DNA of 64,000 nucleotides, taken from NCBI GenBank assembly GCA_965215765.1, contig OZ244118.1, positions 1,101,007 to 1,165,006 on the forward strand, written 5' to 3'. Shown piece after piece: positions 21,761 to 31,618 of the stretch (position 1 is the first letter of the stretch; each line of letters begins with the position of its first letter). The stretch is from an uncultured candidatus Porisulfidus sp. Lineage in GTDB: Bacteria; Pseudomonadota; Gammaproteobacteria; Poriferisulfidales; Oxydemutatoraceae. The notes beneath the pieces are model-generated. The model ran no database searches. It saw only the letters and a program-made list of their open reading frames with translations, and was not told the DNA's origin. A program made the translations under genes and the position numbers.

Positions 21761-23244
21761 CCGCTGATCCAGTTCTGCTGGCTGGCCGCAACAGCGGCCT
21801 GAATGAGCACTTGCGCCTTGTTCATGGTTTCGTTCCACTCGTTTTGCGGCTGGGAATCAAATACCAGCCCCGCACCTGCCTGGGCATAAATCGTCTGATC
21901 TTTGATGAGTGCTGTCCGAATGGCGATCGCGGTATCAATGGCGCCGTCCCAAGAGATATAGCCCACCGAACCTGCGTAGATCGACCGCCTTACCGGCTCG
22001 AATTGTGCAATCAGTTCCATGGCGCGAATTTTTGGTGCTCCGGTCACGGTTCCGGCTGGAAAGGATGCCTTGAGAATATCCATGGTGGACACTCCTTGTG
22101 CACACCGCCCGACAATGTTGGACACAATATGCATGACGTGCGAGTAACGCTCCACCTTCATCATGCCTTCGACAGTTACGCTGCCGGTTTCGCATACCCG
22201 CCCCAAGTCGTTGCGCCCCAAGTCCACCAGCATCAGGTGTTCAGCCAGCTCCTTGGGATCATTGAGCAGTTCTGTGGCCAGTGCGCGGTCTGTTTTTGGA
22301 TCCTCGCTTCTCGGTCGAGTTCCGGCTATCGGGCTCAAAGTCAAGAGTTCGTTTTCTTTGCGGATCAGGATTTCAGGAGAAGAACCGACAACGTGAAATT
22401 CCCCCAAATCCAGGTAGTACATATAAGGAGAGGGATTGAGATGGCGCAGGCTCCGGTAATAACTCAGTGGCGAGCCAGTAAAGCGAGCCTGTAATCTTTG
22501 GGACACGACTACCTGCATGATGTCGCCATCTTCAATGTATCGCAAAGCGTCTTCGACTGAAGATTTGAAAGCGGATTCTCCGGTCAGCGAAGAAAAGTCA
22601 TTTTCGGAAACAGGCACAAGTGTCTCGTTTCGGGGAGGATATACAGGTGTGTCACGTAGCTGTTCGGCAATTCTGGCAACACGCTGCCTGGTTTTTTCGT
22701 AAGCCTCTTCCTCGTGGGTGTTTGCACAGACAACGATGTGGAGCATGTTGCGAAGTCTGTCCAGGACGATGACTTCGTCTGAAACCATCAGCAGCGCGTC
22801 AGGAACATCCGGTTCATTTGCGGCCGGCATAATATTTGCCAGACAAGGCTCCACCAGACCGGAAATCTCATAGCCAAAGTAGCCTACCAGACCGCCGGAA
22901 AAGCGAGGCGCATTGGCGAGATTTGGCATGCTGCGCTCGGCCAGAAAGTGTTCCAGGTAGTCCAGAGGGGCATCATGCCGGACGTCGGTGCTGGTGTTGC
23001 CATTGAACCAGGTCAGTCGATCACCGCGAATTTCCAGTCGTTCCTTGCAGGGCAAACCAATAATGGAGAAGCGCCCCAAGCGTTCTTCCTGGCTGGCGGA
23101 TTCCAACAGGTAGCCGAACGGGGCGTTTGCCAGTTTCAAGTAAATTCCCAGGGGTGTATCCAAGCCAGCAGGCAGTTCCTGAACCAAGGCTATTTTTGCG
23201 TAGCCTTGTCGTGCGTAACGCGTGTATTGTTGTTCAGTAATCAA
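21757..23244 (-). CDS. trpE: Anthranilate synthase component I.
   Basis: The N-terminus ...[19 protein letters not shown] matches the TrpE regulatory site LLES motif. The C-terminal chorismate-binding domain carries GAVGY. Confidence 0.92.
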   Translation of the reverse strand: MITEQQYTRYARQGYAKIALVQELPAGLDTPLGIYLKLANAPFGYLLESASQEERLGRFSIIGLPCKERLEIRGDRLTWFNGNTSTDVRHDAPLDYLEHFLAERSMPNLANAPRFSGGLVGYFGYEISGLVEPCLANIMPAANEPDVPDALLMVSDEVIVLDRLRNMLHIVVCANTHEEEAYEKTRQRVARIAEQLRDTPVYPPRNETLVPVSENDFSSLTGESAFKSSVEDALRYIEDGDIMQVVVSQRLQARFTGSPLSYYRSLRHLNPSPYMYYLDLGEFHVVGSSPEILIRKENELLTLSPIAGTRPRSEDPKTDRALATELLNDPKELAEHLMLVDLGRNDLGRVCETGSVTVEGMMKVERYSHVMHIVSNIVGRCAQGVSTMDILKASFPAGTVTGAPKIRAMELIAQFEPVRRSIYAGSVGYISWDGAIDTAIAIRTALIKDQTIYAQAGAGLVFDSQPQNEWNETMNKAQVLIQAAVAASQQNWISG

Positions 23245-24790
23245 GGTTGCGAAGTGCCCCCCGGCGTTCTTCCTGGCTGACGGATTCCAAGTAAATTCCC
23301 AGGGGTGTATCCAAGCCAGCAGACAGTTCCTGCACTTGCGGCTATTGTGGCGTAGCCTTGTCGTGCGTAACGCGTGTATTGCTGTTCAGTAATCATGGTT
23401 GCGAAGTGCCCCCCGGCGTTCTTCCTGGCTGGCGGATTCCAACAGGTAGCCGAACGGGGCGTTTGCCAGTTTCAAGTAAATTCCCAGGGGTGTATCCAAG
23501 CCAGCAGGCAGTTCCTGGACCAAGGCTATTTTTGCATAGCCTTGTCGTGCGTAACGCGTGTATTGCTGTTCAGTAATCATGGTTGCGAAGTGCCCCCCGG
23601 CGTTCTTCCTGGCTGACGGATTCCAAGTAAATTCCCAGGGGTGTATCCAAGCCAGCAGACAGTTCCTGGACCAAGGCTATTGTGGCGTAGCCTTGTCGTG
23701 CGTAACGCGTGTATTGCTGTTCAGTAATCATGGTTGCGAAGTGCCCCCCCGGCGTTTTTCCTGGCTGACGGATTCCAAGTAAATTTCCAAGGGTGTATCC
23801 AAGCCAGCAGGCAGTTCCTGCACTTGCGGCTATTGTGGCGTAGCCTTGTCGTGCGTAACGCGTGTATTGCTGTTCAGTAATCAAGGTTGCGAAGTGCCCC
23901 CCGGCGTTCTTCTTGGCTGATGGATTCCAAGCAAATTCCCAGGGGTGTATCCAGGCCAGCAGGCAGTTCCTGGACTTGCGGCTATTGTGGCGTAGCCTTG
24001 TCGTGCGTAACGCGTGTATTGCTGTTCAGTAATCATGGTTGCGAAGTGCCCCCCGGCGTTCTTCCTGGCTGGCGGATTTCAAGTAAATTCCCAGGGGTGT
24101 ATCCAAGCCAGCAGACAGTTCCTGCACTTGCGGCTATTGTGGCGTAGCCTTGTCGTGCGTAACGCGTGTATTGCTGTTCAGTAATCAAGGTTGCGAAGTG
24201 CCCCCCGGCGTTCTTCCTGGCTGACGGATTCCAAACAAATTCCCAGGGGTGTATCCAAGCCAGCAGACAGTTCCTGCACTTGCGACTATTGTGGCGTAGC
24301 CTTGTCGTGCGTAACGCGTGTATTGCTGTTCAGTAATCAAGGTTGCGAAGTGCCCCCCGGCGTTTTTCCTGGCTGACGGATTCCAAGCAAATTCCCAGGG
24401 GTGTATCCAGGCCAGCAGGCAGTTCCTGGACCAAGGCTATTTTTGCGTAGCCTTGTCGTGCGTAACGCGTGTATTGCTGTTCAGTAATCATGGTTGCGAA
24501 GTACCCCCCGGCGTTTTTCCTGGCTGACGGATTTCAAGTAAATTCCCAGGGGTGTATCCAGGCCAGCAGGCAGTTCCTGCACTTGCGGCTATTTTTGCGT
24601 AGCCTTGTCGTGCGTAACGCGTGTATTGCTGTTCAGTAATCAAGGTTGCGAAGTGCCCCCCGGCGTTCTTCCTGGCTGACGGATTCCAAGTAAATTCCCA
24701 GGGATGTATCCAAGCCAGCAGTGCGGCTATTGTGGCGTAGCCTTGTCGTGCGTAACACGTGTATTGCTGTTCAGTAATCATGGTTGCGGA
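23245..24790 (-). repeat. About 10-11 tandem copies (alternating ~150 and ~184 bp) of the trpE 5' end (codons 1 to ~30 or ~57) plus ~20 bp upstream. These are pseudo-starts between rpe and trpE.
   Basis: gcgtagccttgtcgtgcgtaacgcgtgtattgctgttcagtaatca(t/a)gg recurs at ~23353, 23537, 23683, 23837, 23985, 24141, 24290, 24437, 24591 and 24731. ORFs [16 protein letters not shown]... occur repeatedly on the minus strand. Confidence 0.9.
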
Positions 24791-24847
24791 AAACCGAGTG
24801 GAATTTTTTGTGTCCGAACCCGTGAATTTGCTGCCAGCTAGCCGTGC

Positions 24848-25555
24848 TCACTTTGCTTTGCCAGTAGCAGAGCGGAGCTTGGTTCTCATGGTGTCTATGG
24901 TTTTCCGGTAATCAGGAGAGCCAAAAATTGCCGAGCCGGCAACGAAAGTATCGGCACCTGCACTTTTGACGGTGGCTATGTTTTCGGTATTGATGCCGCC
25001 GTCGACTTGCAAGCGAATTTGTCGTCCGCTGGCATCAATAAGGCGGCGTGCCTGTTCCAGTTTTTTGTACGCCAGCGGGAGAAATGTTTGTCCGCCGAAG
25101 CCCGGGTTGACCGCCATCACCAAAATCATGTCAACTTTGTCAAGGATGTAATCCAGGCGGGAAAACCCGCTCGCTGGATTGAAAGCCAAGCCGCTTTTAC
25201 AACCACAGTCGTGGATCAGTTGGAGGCTTCGATCCACATGGTCGCTTGCTTCCGGGTGGAAGCTGATATAGTCGGCTCCGGCTTCGGCAAAGGCGGTGAT
25301 TAGGCTGTCCACAGGTCGGGTCATGAGATGCACATCAATCGGGGAGACAACGCCGTAATTTCGTAGGGCACTACAGACCATGGAACCAAAACTCAGGTTG
25401 GGAACATAGTGATTGTCCATGACGTCAAAATGCACCATGTCGGCGCCGGCATCGAGAACAGCAGACACTTCTTTCCCGAGTCGGGCAAAGTCTGCGGCGA
25501 GTATGGAGGGGCAGATTTGGTCTTTCACTTCACTGTGTTGCGCGGCTTGAGCCAA
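24848..25555 (-). CDS. rpe: Ribulose-phosphate 3-epimerase.
   Basis: [17 protein letters not shown] and GGIN are Rpe motifs. The rpe-trpE linkage is common in gammaproteobacteria. Confidence 0.9.
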   Translation of the reverse strand: MAQAAQHSEVKDQICPSILAADFARLGKEVSAVLDAGADMVHFDVMDNHYVPNLSFGSMVCSALRNYGVVSPIDVHLMTRPVDSLITAFAEAGADYISFHPEASDHVDRSLQLIHDCGCKSGLAFNPASGFSRLDYILDKVDMILVMAVNPGFGGQTFLPLAYKKLEQARRLIDASGRQIRLQVDGGINTENIATVKSAGADTFVAGSAIFGSPDYRKTIDTMRTKLRSATGKAK

Positions 25556-26186
25556 GGGGGCTTATGGTAACCCAAGCCGAGTGCGGGGTTGCTGGCAAAA
25601 TGGCTTTGAGGCAGTGCTGGTTCGGGCGAGAAGTGGTCAGGCAGACTTGGCAGAGGATTTGTGTGGCAAACGGCGACAGGCCGTGGAGAAAAGCGTTTTG
25701 ATTTCTTCTTTTGGTTTTTTGAGGCTGGCTCTGGTTTTTCTGGGGCTGGCAATGGTGTTTCTGGTTCCGGATCCGAAAGCGGAACTCATTCTGGAGTGGC
25801 CTGAGGTGTTGTTCGTGTTGGTGGCACCTGTAATGGCCCCGCTTTTTTTTTAATACTTTTGCTGGATGCCTTGCTGACCCGACCGTTCTCAAGCGGTGCT
25901 TCCCGCTTGGAATGCCAGCGACTCAACCGTATCCTCGTACTTGATTTGGTGGTGGCCATGTTGCTGTTGCTGGCGTGGTTCCCATATTTTTCAACTTTGG
26001 GTGAAGTGTAGTTCAGGTAACCGTCAGTGGCGCATCCTTTGTTGTTTCAGGCAAAATTTTGGCGGAAGTTTCGGGTCGCGCGTCAAGGGTCAGGCAAGGC
26101 GATCTGGTCTCCAGACAGACTGAAATCGTGGCGAGAGGGATGGGGCACTTTCGAGGCGAAAAAACCAGTCCCGTGTGCTGCTTGAT

Positions 26187-27197
26187 TCAGAGCCGGACGA
26201 GTATCCGTCCGATAACCTCGTTTTGCAGCAGTTTCTGTGCGGTTGGCAACACCGCGTCAAGCGTAATTTCCGAGTAGCAGAACTGATCAAGGTGAACAGA
26301 GCGCATGTCACCGCCCAGTGATTCCCAGACTTGGCGGCGCAATGCTATGGGGCAATTCGAAGAGCTTATCCCGAGTAAATTGACACCGCGCAAAATAAAC
26401 GGGTGCGTCGTCAAATGCAGTGTTGCAGATTGCGCAAGCCCGATGCTCGCAATATTGCCCCTCGGTCTGGTGCACTTTATGGCGGTTGCCAGAGCGTCAC
26501 CGCCCAAGTTATCTATGGCTCCCCCCCAAAGGGCTTTCCCAAGTGGCTCTGTTGTCGCGCTGAGTGGCGGGCAGATTCGTCTTGCTCCCACTTGGGAAAG
26601 AAAGTTATGTGCCTGCGCTTTGGTGGTAGCCGCCAGGCAGTCATAGCCTTTCAAAGCCAGCAGCTTGACTGCGAAACTTCCGACCCCGCCACTGGCACCC
26701 GTGACCAGAACCTCTCCCTGTTCGGGGCTTTGTCCGTTTTCCTCCATTCTTTTAATGGCCAAGGCGGCAGTAAAGCCCGCTGTTCCTATCAACATGGCAC
26801 TTCTGGGGTTCAGGCCTTCCGGCATTTTCACCACGCACTCCGCAGGAAGCGTCGCGTAGTCGGCAAAACCGCCATCACGTGTTTCGCTGAGCCCGGATCC
26901 CTGCGCCAGCACCGCGTCTCCGACCCGAAAGTTTGGGCTATTGCTTTCTGTGACGTATCCGCCAAGGTCAATTCCTGCGGTCAGGGGGTAGCGGCGCAAA
27001 ATCGGTGCCTTTCCCAAAACTGCCAAAGCATCCTTGTAATTGATTCCGGAATACGCCACCGCGATTTGTACTTCGTTTCCCCCGGGTGTACGTAGTGGCA
27101 ACTCTTCAATACGCGCGTTTCCTGAACCACTGTCATGGATGCGCAAAGCCCGGGAACGATTCATGCTTGTCTTGTTCGAGTCAGGAAGACAGGACAA
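26187..27197 (-). CDS. MDR-family NADPH:quinone oxidoreductase (YhdH/acrylyl-CoA reductase-like). The start is probably the internal ATG near 27165.
   Basis: VTGASGGVGSFAVKLLALKGY is a Rossmann motif and the GroES-like N-domain is present. The overall architecture matches YhdH. Confidence 0.75.
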   Translation of the reverse strand: MSCLPDSNKTSMNRSRALRIHDSGSGNARIEELPLRTPGGNEVQIAVAYSGINYKDALAVLGKAPILRRYPLTAGIDLGGYVTESNSPNFRVGDAVLAQGSGLSETRDGGFADYATLPAECVVKMPEGLNPRSAMLIGTAGFTAALAIKRMEENGQSPEQGEVLVTGASGGVGSFAVKLLALKGYDCLAATTKAQAHNFLSQVGARRICPPLSATTEPLGKALWGGAIDNLGGDALATAIKCTRPRGNIASIGLAQSATLHLTTHPFILRGVNLLGISSSNCPIALRRQVWESLGGDMRSVHLDQFCYSEITLDAVLPTAQKLLQNEVIGRILVRL

Positions 27198-27202
27198 GCC
27201 TG

Positions 27203-28444
27203 TCAGACTCCATCCGCTTGTAAAACGTGATGACTGACGCCTTCGTGCAAGCGATTGGCAACTTCAGAAATCTCTGCCAAGGTGTTTCCCAGCAAACAGA
27301 AGTGCCCCATTTTTCTGCCTCGTCTCGCCTCATCTTTTCCGTACAGATGCAATGTCAGGTTGGTGTGCTTTTGTAGCAAAGACCAGTCAGGGAATTCGTT
27401 GTGCCACAAGTCACCAAGCAGATTCATCATGACCACAGCGGGGTGCTTCATCCTTGCCTTTGCGACTTTGAGGCCGACCATCATGCGTACCTGTTGCTCA
27501 AATTGTGAAACATTGCAGGCGTCAATTGTGTAGTGCCCGCTGTTGTGCGGGCGTGGCGCAAACTCATTGATCAGAAGCTGCTTTCCCTCAGTGGCAAAAA
27601 ACTCCACCCCGAGAACACCGCAGTAATTCAGGGCGTGAGCCAGTCTTTCAGCAAGCGACTGTGCTTCTTGGTGCAGCGTCTCGCAAATGGGTGCCGGAAC
27701 CATACTTTTGTACAGAATCCCGGATCGATGTTCGTTTGCCGCAACCGGGTAGGAAAAGCTGTTGCCTTCTGCATCACGCGCGACGATGACAGACAGTTCG
27801 TGTTCCAGAGCCACTTTTTCTTCAAGGACACAGGGTGTGGATCCAAGGTCGAGAAAGGCATCACGAGCTTGTTGGGGTGTTTCTGCGAGCATCTGCCCCT
27901 TTCCGTCGTAGCCGCCGCGCGCGGTTTTCATGATTGCAGGAGGTGCCAGTTTGGCAAACCGCTCGCCAATATTTGCCAGCTTGTCAATCACTGTGAAATT
28001 AGCTGTGCTGAATCCTGCAGAGCGCAAGAAAGTTTTTTCGGCAATCCGGTCTTGGGCAATTCCCAAGGCATACGGGGACGGGCAAAGGGTCAGCCTATCA
28101 GACAAAAACCGCGCGGTGTTCATTGGGATGTTCTCAAATTCGAAAGTGGCCGAGTCGCAATGCCTCGCAAATTCCGACAACGCATTCAGATCGTCGTAGG
28201 GAGCGCAGAAATGCCGATCGGTTTCCTTGCTTGCCGGGCTGTCTGCATGGTTGTCAAATACCGCTGTGCGATAGCCCATGGCTCGTGCCGCCGTCACAAA
28301 CATCATGCCAAGCTGACCACCGCCTAAAACGCCCAGAGTCGAACCTTTCGGCAAAGGTCTGGTTGCCTGGGCAGAATTTTTATTGTTTTCAGGCACGACC
28401 ATTGGGTAGCCGAGACCTGTGCAAGAGTTTTGTTTCGATAGCAA
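27203..28444 (-). CDS. purK: N5-carboxyaminoimidazole ribonucleotide synthase.
   Basis: LGVLGGGQLGMM...ATP-grasp blocks are present and the gene is adjacent to purE. Confidence 0.88.
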   Translation of the reverse strand: MLSKQNSCTGLGYPMVVPENNKNSAQATRPLPKGSTLGVLGGGQLGMMFVTAARAMGYRTAVFDNHADSPASKETDRHFCAPYDDLNALSEFARHCDSATFEFENIPMNTARFLSDRLTLCPSPYALGIAQDRIAEKTFLRSAGFSTANFTVIDKLANIGERFAKLAPPAIMKTARGGYDGKGQMLAETPQQARDAFLDLGSTPCVLEEKVALEHELSVIVARDAEGNSFSYPVAANEHRSGILYKSMVPAPICETLHQEAQSLAERLAHALNYCGVLGVEFFATEGKQLLINEFAPRPHNSGHYTIDACNVSQFEQQVRMMVGLKVAKARMKHPAVVMMNLLGDLWHNEFPDWSLLQKHTNLTLHLYGKDEARRGRKMGHFCLLGNTLAEISEVANRLHEGVSHHVLQADGV

Positions 28445-28532
28445 ACACCATCATTGGTTGTGCGAAATTTTATTCAGAAAGGATTTTTTCGGCTTTCGCC
28501 AGTCCATTCCCCAAGTGGCGAGAAGCGCTGCC

Positions 28533-29021
28533 TCAGTCGGCAAGCTTGGAATTGAGCACTGCGTCAGCCATGCTCTCGCGATATGTGGCCAATTTCTGGT
28601 ATAGCACTTGTGAGCGCATTGCCAACAAAGCACAAGCGAAGAGGGCGGCGTTTTCTGCCCCTGCCGGACCAACGGCAAAAGTCGCGACCGGTACGCCTTT
28701 GGGCATTTGTGCAATTGAGCACAGGGCATCCATTCCTTGCAGCTCTCCTCCTGCAATCGGTACGCCAAGTACAGGAAGCAGCGTCAGCGACGCAAGCATG
28801 CCTGGCAAATGAGCTGCGCCTCCGGCACCAGCAATGATGCATTTCAGACCACGTCCTTTTGCACTTTTCGCGTATTTATACATTCGTGTCGGCGTACGGT
28901 GTGCCGACACGATTTCCTTTTCGTAGGGAATGGCGAAACTGTTCAGGCACTCAGCGGCGAGCTTCATGACTTGCCAGTCATTTTTGCTGCCCATAACGAG
29001 TCCAACGACCGGTTTGTTCAT
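28533..29021 (-). CDS. purE: N5-CAIR mutase.
   Basis: VGLVMGSKNDW...IIAGAGGAAHLPGM is the canonical PurE sequence. Confidence 0.93.
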   Translation of the reverse strand: MNKPVVGLVMGSKNDWQVMKLAAECLNSFAIPYEKEIVSAHRTPTRMYKYAKSAKGRGLKCIIAGAGGAAHLPGMLASLTLLPVLGVPIAGGELQGMDALCSIAQMPKGVPVATFAVGPAGAENAALFACALLAMRSQVLYQKLATYRESMADAVLNSKLAD

Positions 29022-29671
29022 GGTTTTTCCAGGTTCCTTTATTTCAGGAGTCTCAGCAGTGCTGTTTTTACGATAGCGACCTGTTATTTTGCCACAGCTT
29101 TTGATTTGGGTTCAGGTGCTGCCAAGGCGGCGAGCAGGTGCAGACAATGGGGCATGGAAGGCTGTTTTAGTGCCCACAGCTTGCGTCATTGGAAAATGTC
29201 CAAGTGCTTGTGTACGTTTGGCAAAGTGTGCAGGAGACCAAGTAGTGCACAGCAGAAAAAAACAGAGCAAGCCCTGCTGCCCTCTGTGAAAGATTGTGTT
29301 CGGGGAACTCAGGAGTTGAAAAGTCAGGTGCTTCAAACGAGACAGAGCGGGTGGTTTTTACCGCCGATACAGGCGAGAAACTGGTCATTACAGGCTTTTT
29401 AGGCTAAAATAGTTGCCAATCGGTTTTGGAGCGATGGGTTCAGGTTCGAGCCTACATGGGCAAATGGAGGTAGGGGAGTTGTGTGTGAAATGACTGTTGT
29501 TCTTTGCGTTCCGGTCTGGGGAAGGTGGCAAAAAAGGTTAAGAAATATCGAGTGCCCATGCTTGATAGTCAATAATTTTATTATGGTCGGAAAAGGCCGT
29601 TTTTCGGGTTGCAGAAGTGTGCTCGAATTGCGTTGGCCACACTTTGTGGCTGTGAATTGTTACAGGAGGTC

Positions 29672-30820
29672 ATGATGGCAAACAGTGTTGGGAATTTATT
29701 TACGAAGTACTCGGCTACTTACAGTAAAGCTGGTGAAGAAGACGCGGAGCGCGAGCCACTGACTCCAAAGGAGCTAAAAAAAGCGTCTCGAAATGAACTG
29801 CGTGGTTTTGAAGGGGATGTTCTTCGCGTTAGCAAGCGTGGTGGTAATTTTCTGGATCGCGTTATGTGCTGGATTGAAGACCGTGTTTTTTCGCTTACGC
29901 GCAGCGGCCACCCGGATTCAAGTCGGCAATCGCAAAGCAAGGAATTTTCTGAAGATGTTAAGAAAGCACTCAGAGAAATAGACGTGGACACTGAAGGAGT
30001 AGACGAACACCAACTAATGAAGCAAATAAAATCTGTTCAGGTGCGTGATTTGCCGCTGCGCTCAGGTTTTGTTCAATCCATTCTTCGGGAAGTCGCGTCA
30101 CTGGAAAATGCTAGCGGGAAGGGCAGGCTGCCAAAAATTGCCAAAGAAGCGTTTCTATCTAATGGCGAAGTTGCCCGGAGCAAGACTCCAGAATTGAATG
30201 TTGATTTACTTTTTCTTTCTCCTGAAAAAGCAGGAAGAAGAGAAGTGATAGGCGTGGATGGCAGCTCAGAGGGGGAGAGTGACGATGATAGCGTAGAGCT
30301 TTCACACTCTTACTCTGGCCCCAATCCCCAACCGGGCTCCGGCAGAGCCAAGGCAGACAATTTAAGTTCTATACCGGGCTCCGGCAGAGCCAAGGCGGAC
30401 AATTTAAGTTCTATGGATAATGGAATGTTTTTCGATCGGCTTAGTGATCACGTAGAAGAAATTGTGCGGCCATACGTAGTCACGGAAACCCAGGGGATTT
30501 TCTCGGAAACCAGTTTGGACTCCTATACGGAGGCAGGTTATGCGCGTGACACTAAGGCGGTTGCAAAGGTGTTGACCGGAAGACTCGCCCGTACAAGTTT
30601 TACGTCTGCGTCTGTGCCAGATTTTAGAGTGCCTCTTCAACAGAGAGCGCAAGATATATATGATGGATTAGCATTGAATGAGAGTGTCGATTCCGTGGTT
30701 GACAGGGAAACGCAAGCGTTTCGTGAATTGGCGCGCGAAATAAGCGCAGGACGTGAGGATCTGATAGAAGCGTATGTTTCTGGACATTTTAATCCAAGCA
30801 CTGGTGAAGACACGATTTAG
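29672..30820 (+). CDS. Family-B paralog B1 (382 aa). It has the conserved N-terminal ~180-aa domain (MMANSVGNLFTKYSATYSKAG...RDLPLRSGFVQSIL...) and an acidic variable C-terminus with a duplicated SGRAKADNLSS motif. It is the first member of the array and has a truncated leader.
   Basis: ATGATG lies 6 nt after AGGAGG. The N-domain is shared with 9 downstream genes. Confidence 0.7.
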   Translation: MMANSVGNLFTKYSATYSKAGEEDAEREPLTPKELKKASRNELRGFEGDVLRVSKRGGNFLDRVMCWIEDRVFSLTRSGHPDSSRQSQSKEFSEDVKKALREIDVDTEGVDEHQLMKQIKSVQVRDLPLRSGFVQSILREVASLENASGKGRLPKIAKEAFLSNGEVARSKTPELNVDLLFLSPEKAGRREVIGVDGSSEGESDDDSVELSHSYSGPNPQPGSGRAKADNLSSIPGSGRAKADNLSSMDNGMFFDRLSDHVEEIVRPYVVTETQGIFSETSLDSYTEAGYARDTKAVAKVLTGRLARTSFTSASVPDFRVPLQQRAQDIYDGLALNESVDSVVDRETQAFRELAREISAGREDLIEAYVSGHFNPSTGEDTI

Positions 30821-31309
30821 GACAGTGGTTTGAGCGTAAAGCATAGTCTACTCATGATGCAGTGCCCGCATAAGCCTTTCATAACGCTACTGCCTGCATG
30901 TTGGCTTGAGACTGGCGCATTTCAGCAACGGTCAGCCACCGGTAGTTTTCCGGTCACCATGTGTTCGACCGTTGCTTGACTCGGTACATCTTTCAGCTGC
31001 AGAGATTGACCTGCAGGAACCTGTCTCGTGACATGGGGGAGGTGTTGGTAAAAGGAATGCCCCCCGGTTTGTCACCATACGCGCAACCTGCTGTTGCTTG
31101 GGTTGCTTTTTTGTGCCGGATATCCCCGGTGCGTAACCCACAGGCCACTCGCTTCTGCCTGTCCATGTGGTGTTTGCCGGTGATGATCGACTTTTATGCC
31201 ACCCGCCTTTCTCTGTGCAAACTGCGCCCGGGTGACCCAAAAATTCAAGAGGTGGGGTCTCTAAATGGGACAGAGCGGGTGGGCTTTGTCGCCCGAAGCA
31301 GGCGGAAGA

Positions 31310-31338
31310 TTGGATGTTTGTGCTTTTCAGGTTACAAT
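31310..31338 (+). promoter_or_regulatory. Putative sigma70 promoter of B2: -35 TTGGAT, 17-bp spacer, -10 TACAAT. It predicts a ~280-nt 5' leader.
   Basis: The near-consensus hexamers and spacing are conserved upstream of every family-B copy. Confidence 0.45.
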
Positions 31339-31618
31339 GGTCTCTAGTCGCTTGGAGCGATGGATTGAGGTTCAAGCCGACATGGGCAAACGGAGGCAGG
31401 AAAGTTGTGTGTGGAATGACTGTTTTAATGCGTAAGCGGCCACTTGTTCTTGACGTTCAGGTCTGGGGAAGGTGGCAAGAAAGGTTAAGAAATATCGAGC
31501 GCCCATGCTTGATAGTCAATAATTTTATTACGGTCGGAAAAGGCCGTTTTTCGGGTTGCAGAAGTGTGGTTGAATTGCGTTGGCCACACTTTGTGGCTGT
31601 GAATTGTTACAGGAGGTC

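Noticed and set aside
25560-26186. Small ORFs (75-120 aa) in the rpe upstream region
   Set aside because: There is no recognisable homology or start signals. One has hydrophobic stretches but the support is insufficient.
30930-31380. Conserved minus-strand ORFs (~75-147 aa, ...GTKKQPKQQQ...) inside the family-B upstream module
   Set aside because: They are present in every copy only because the DNA module is repeated. Starts and ends differ between copies and no RBS is present, so they are probably non-coding.
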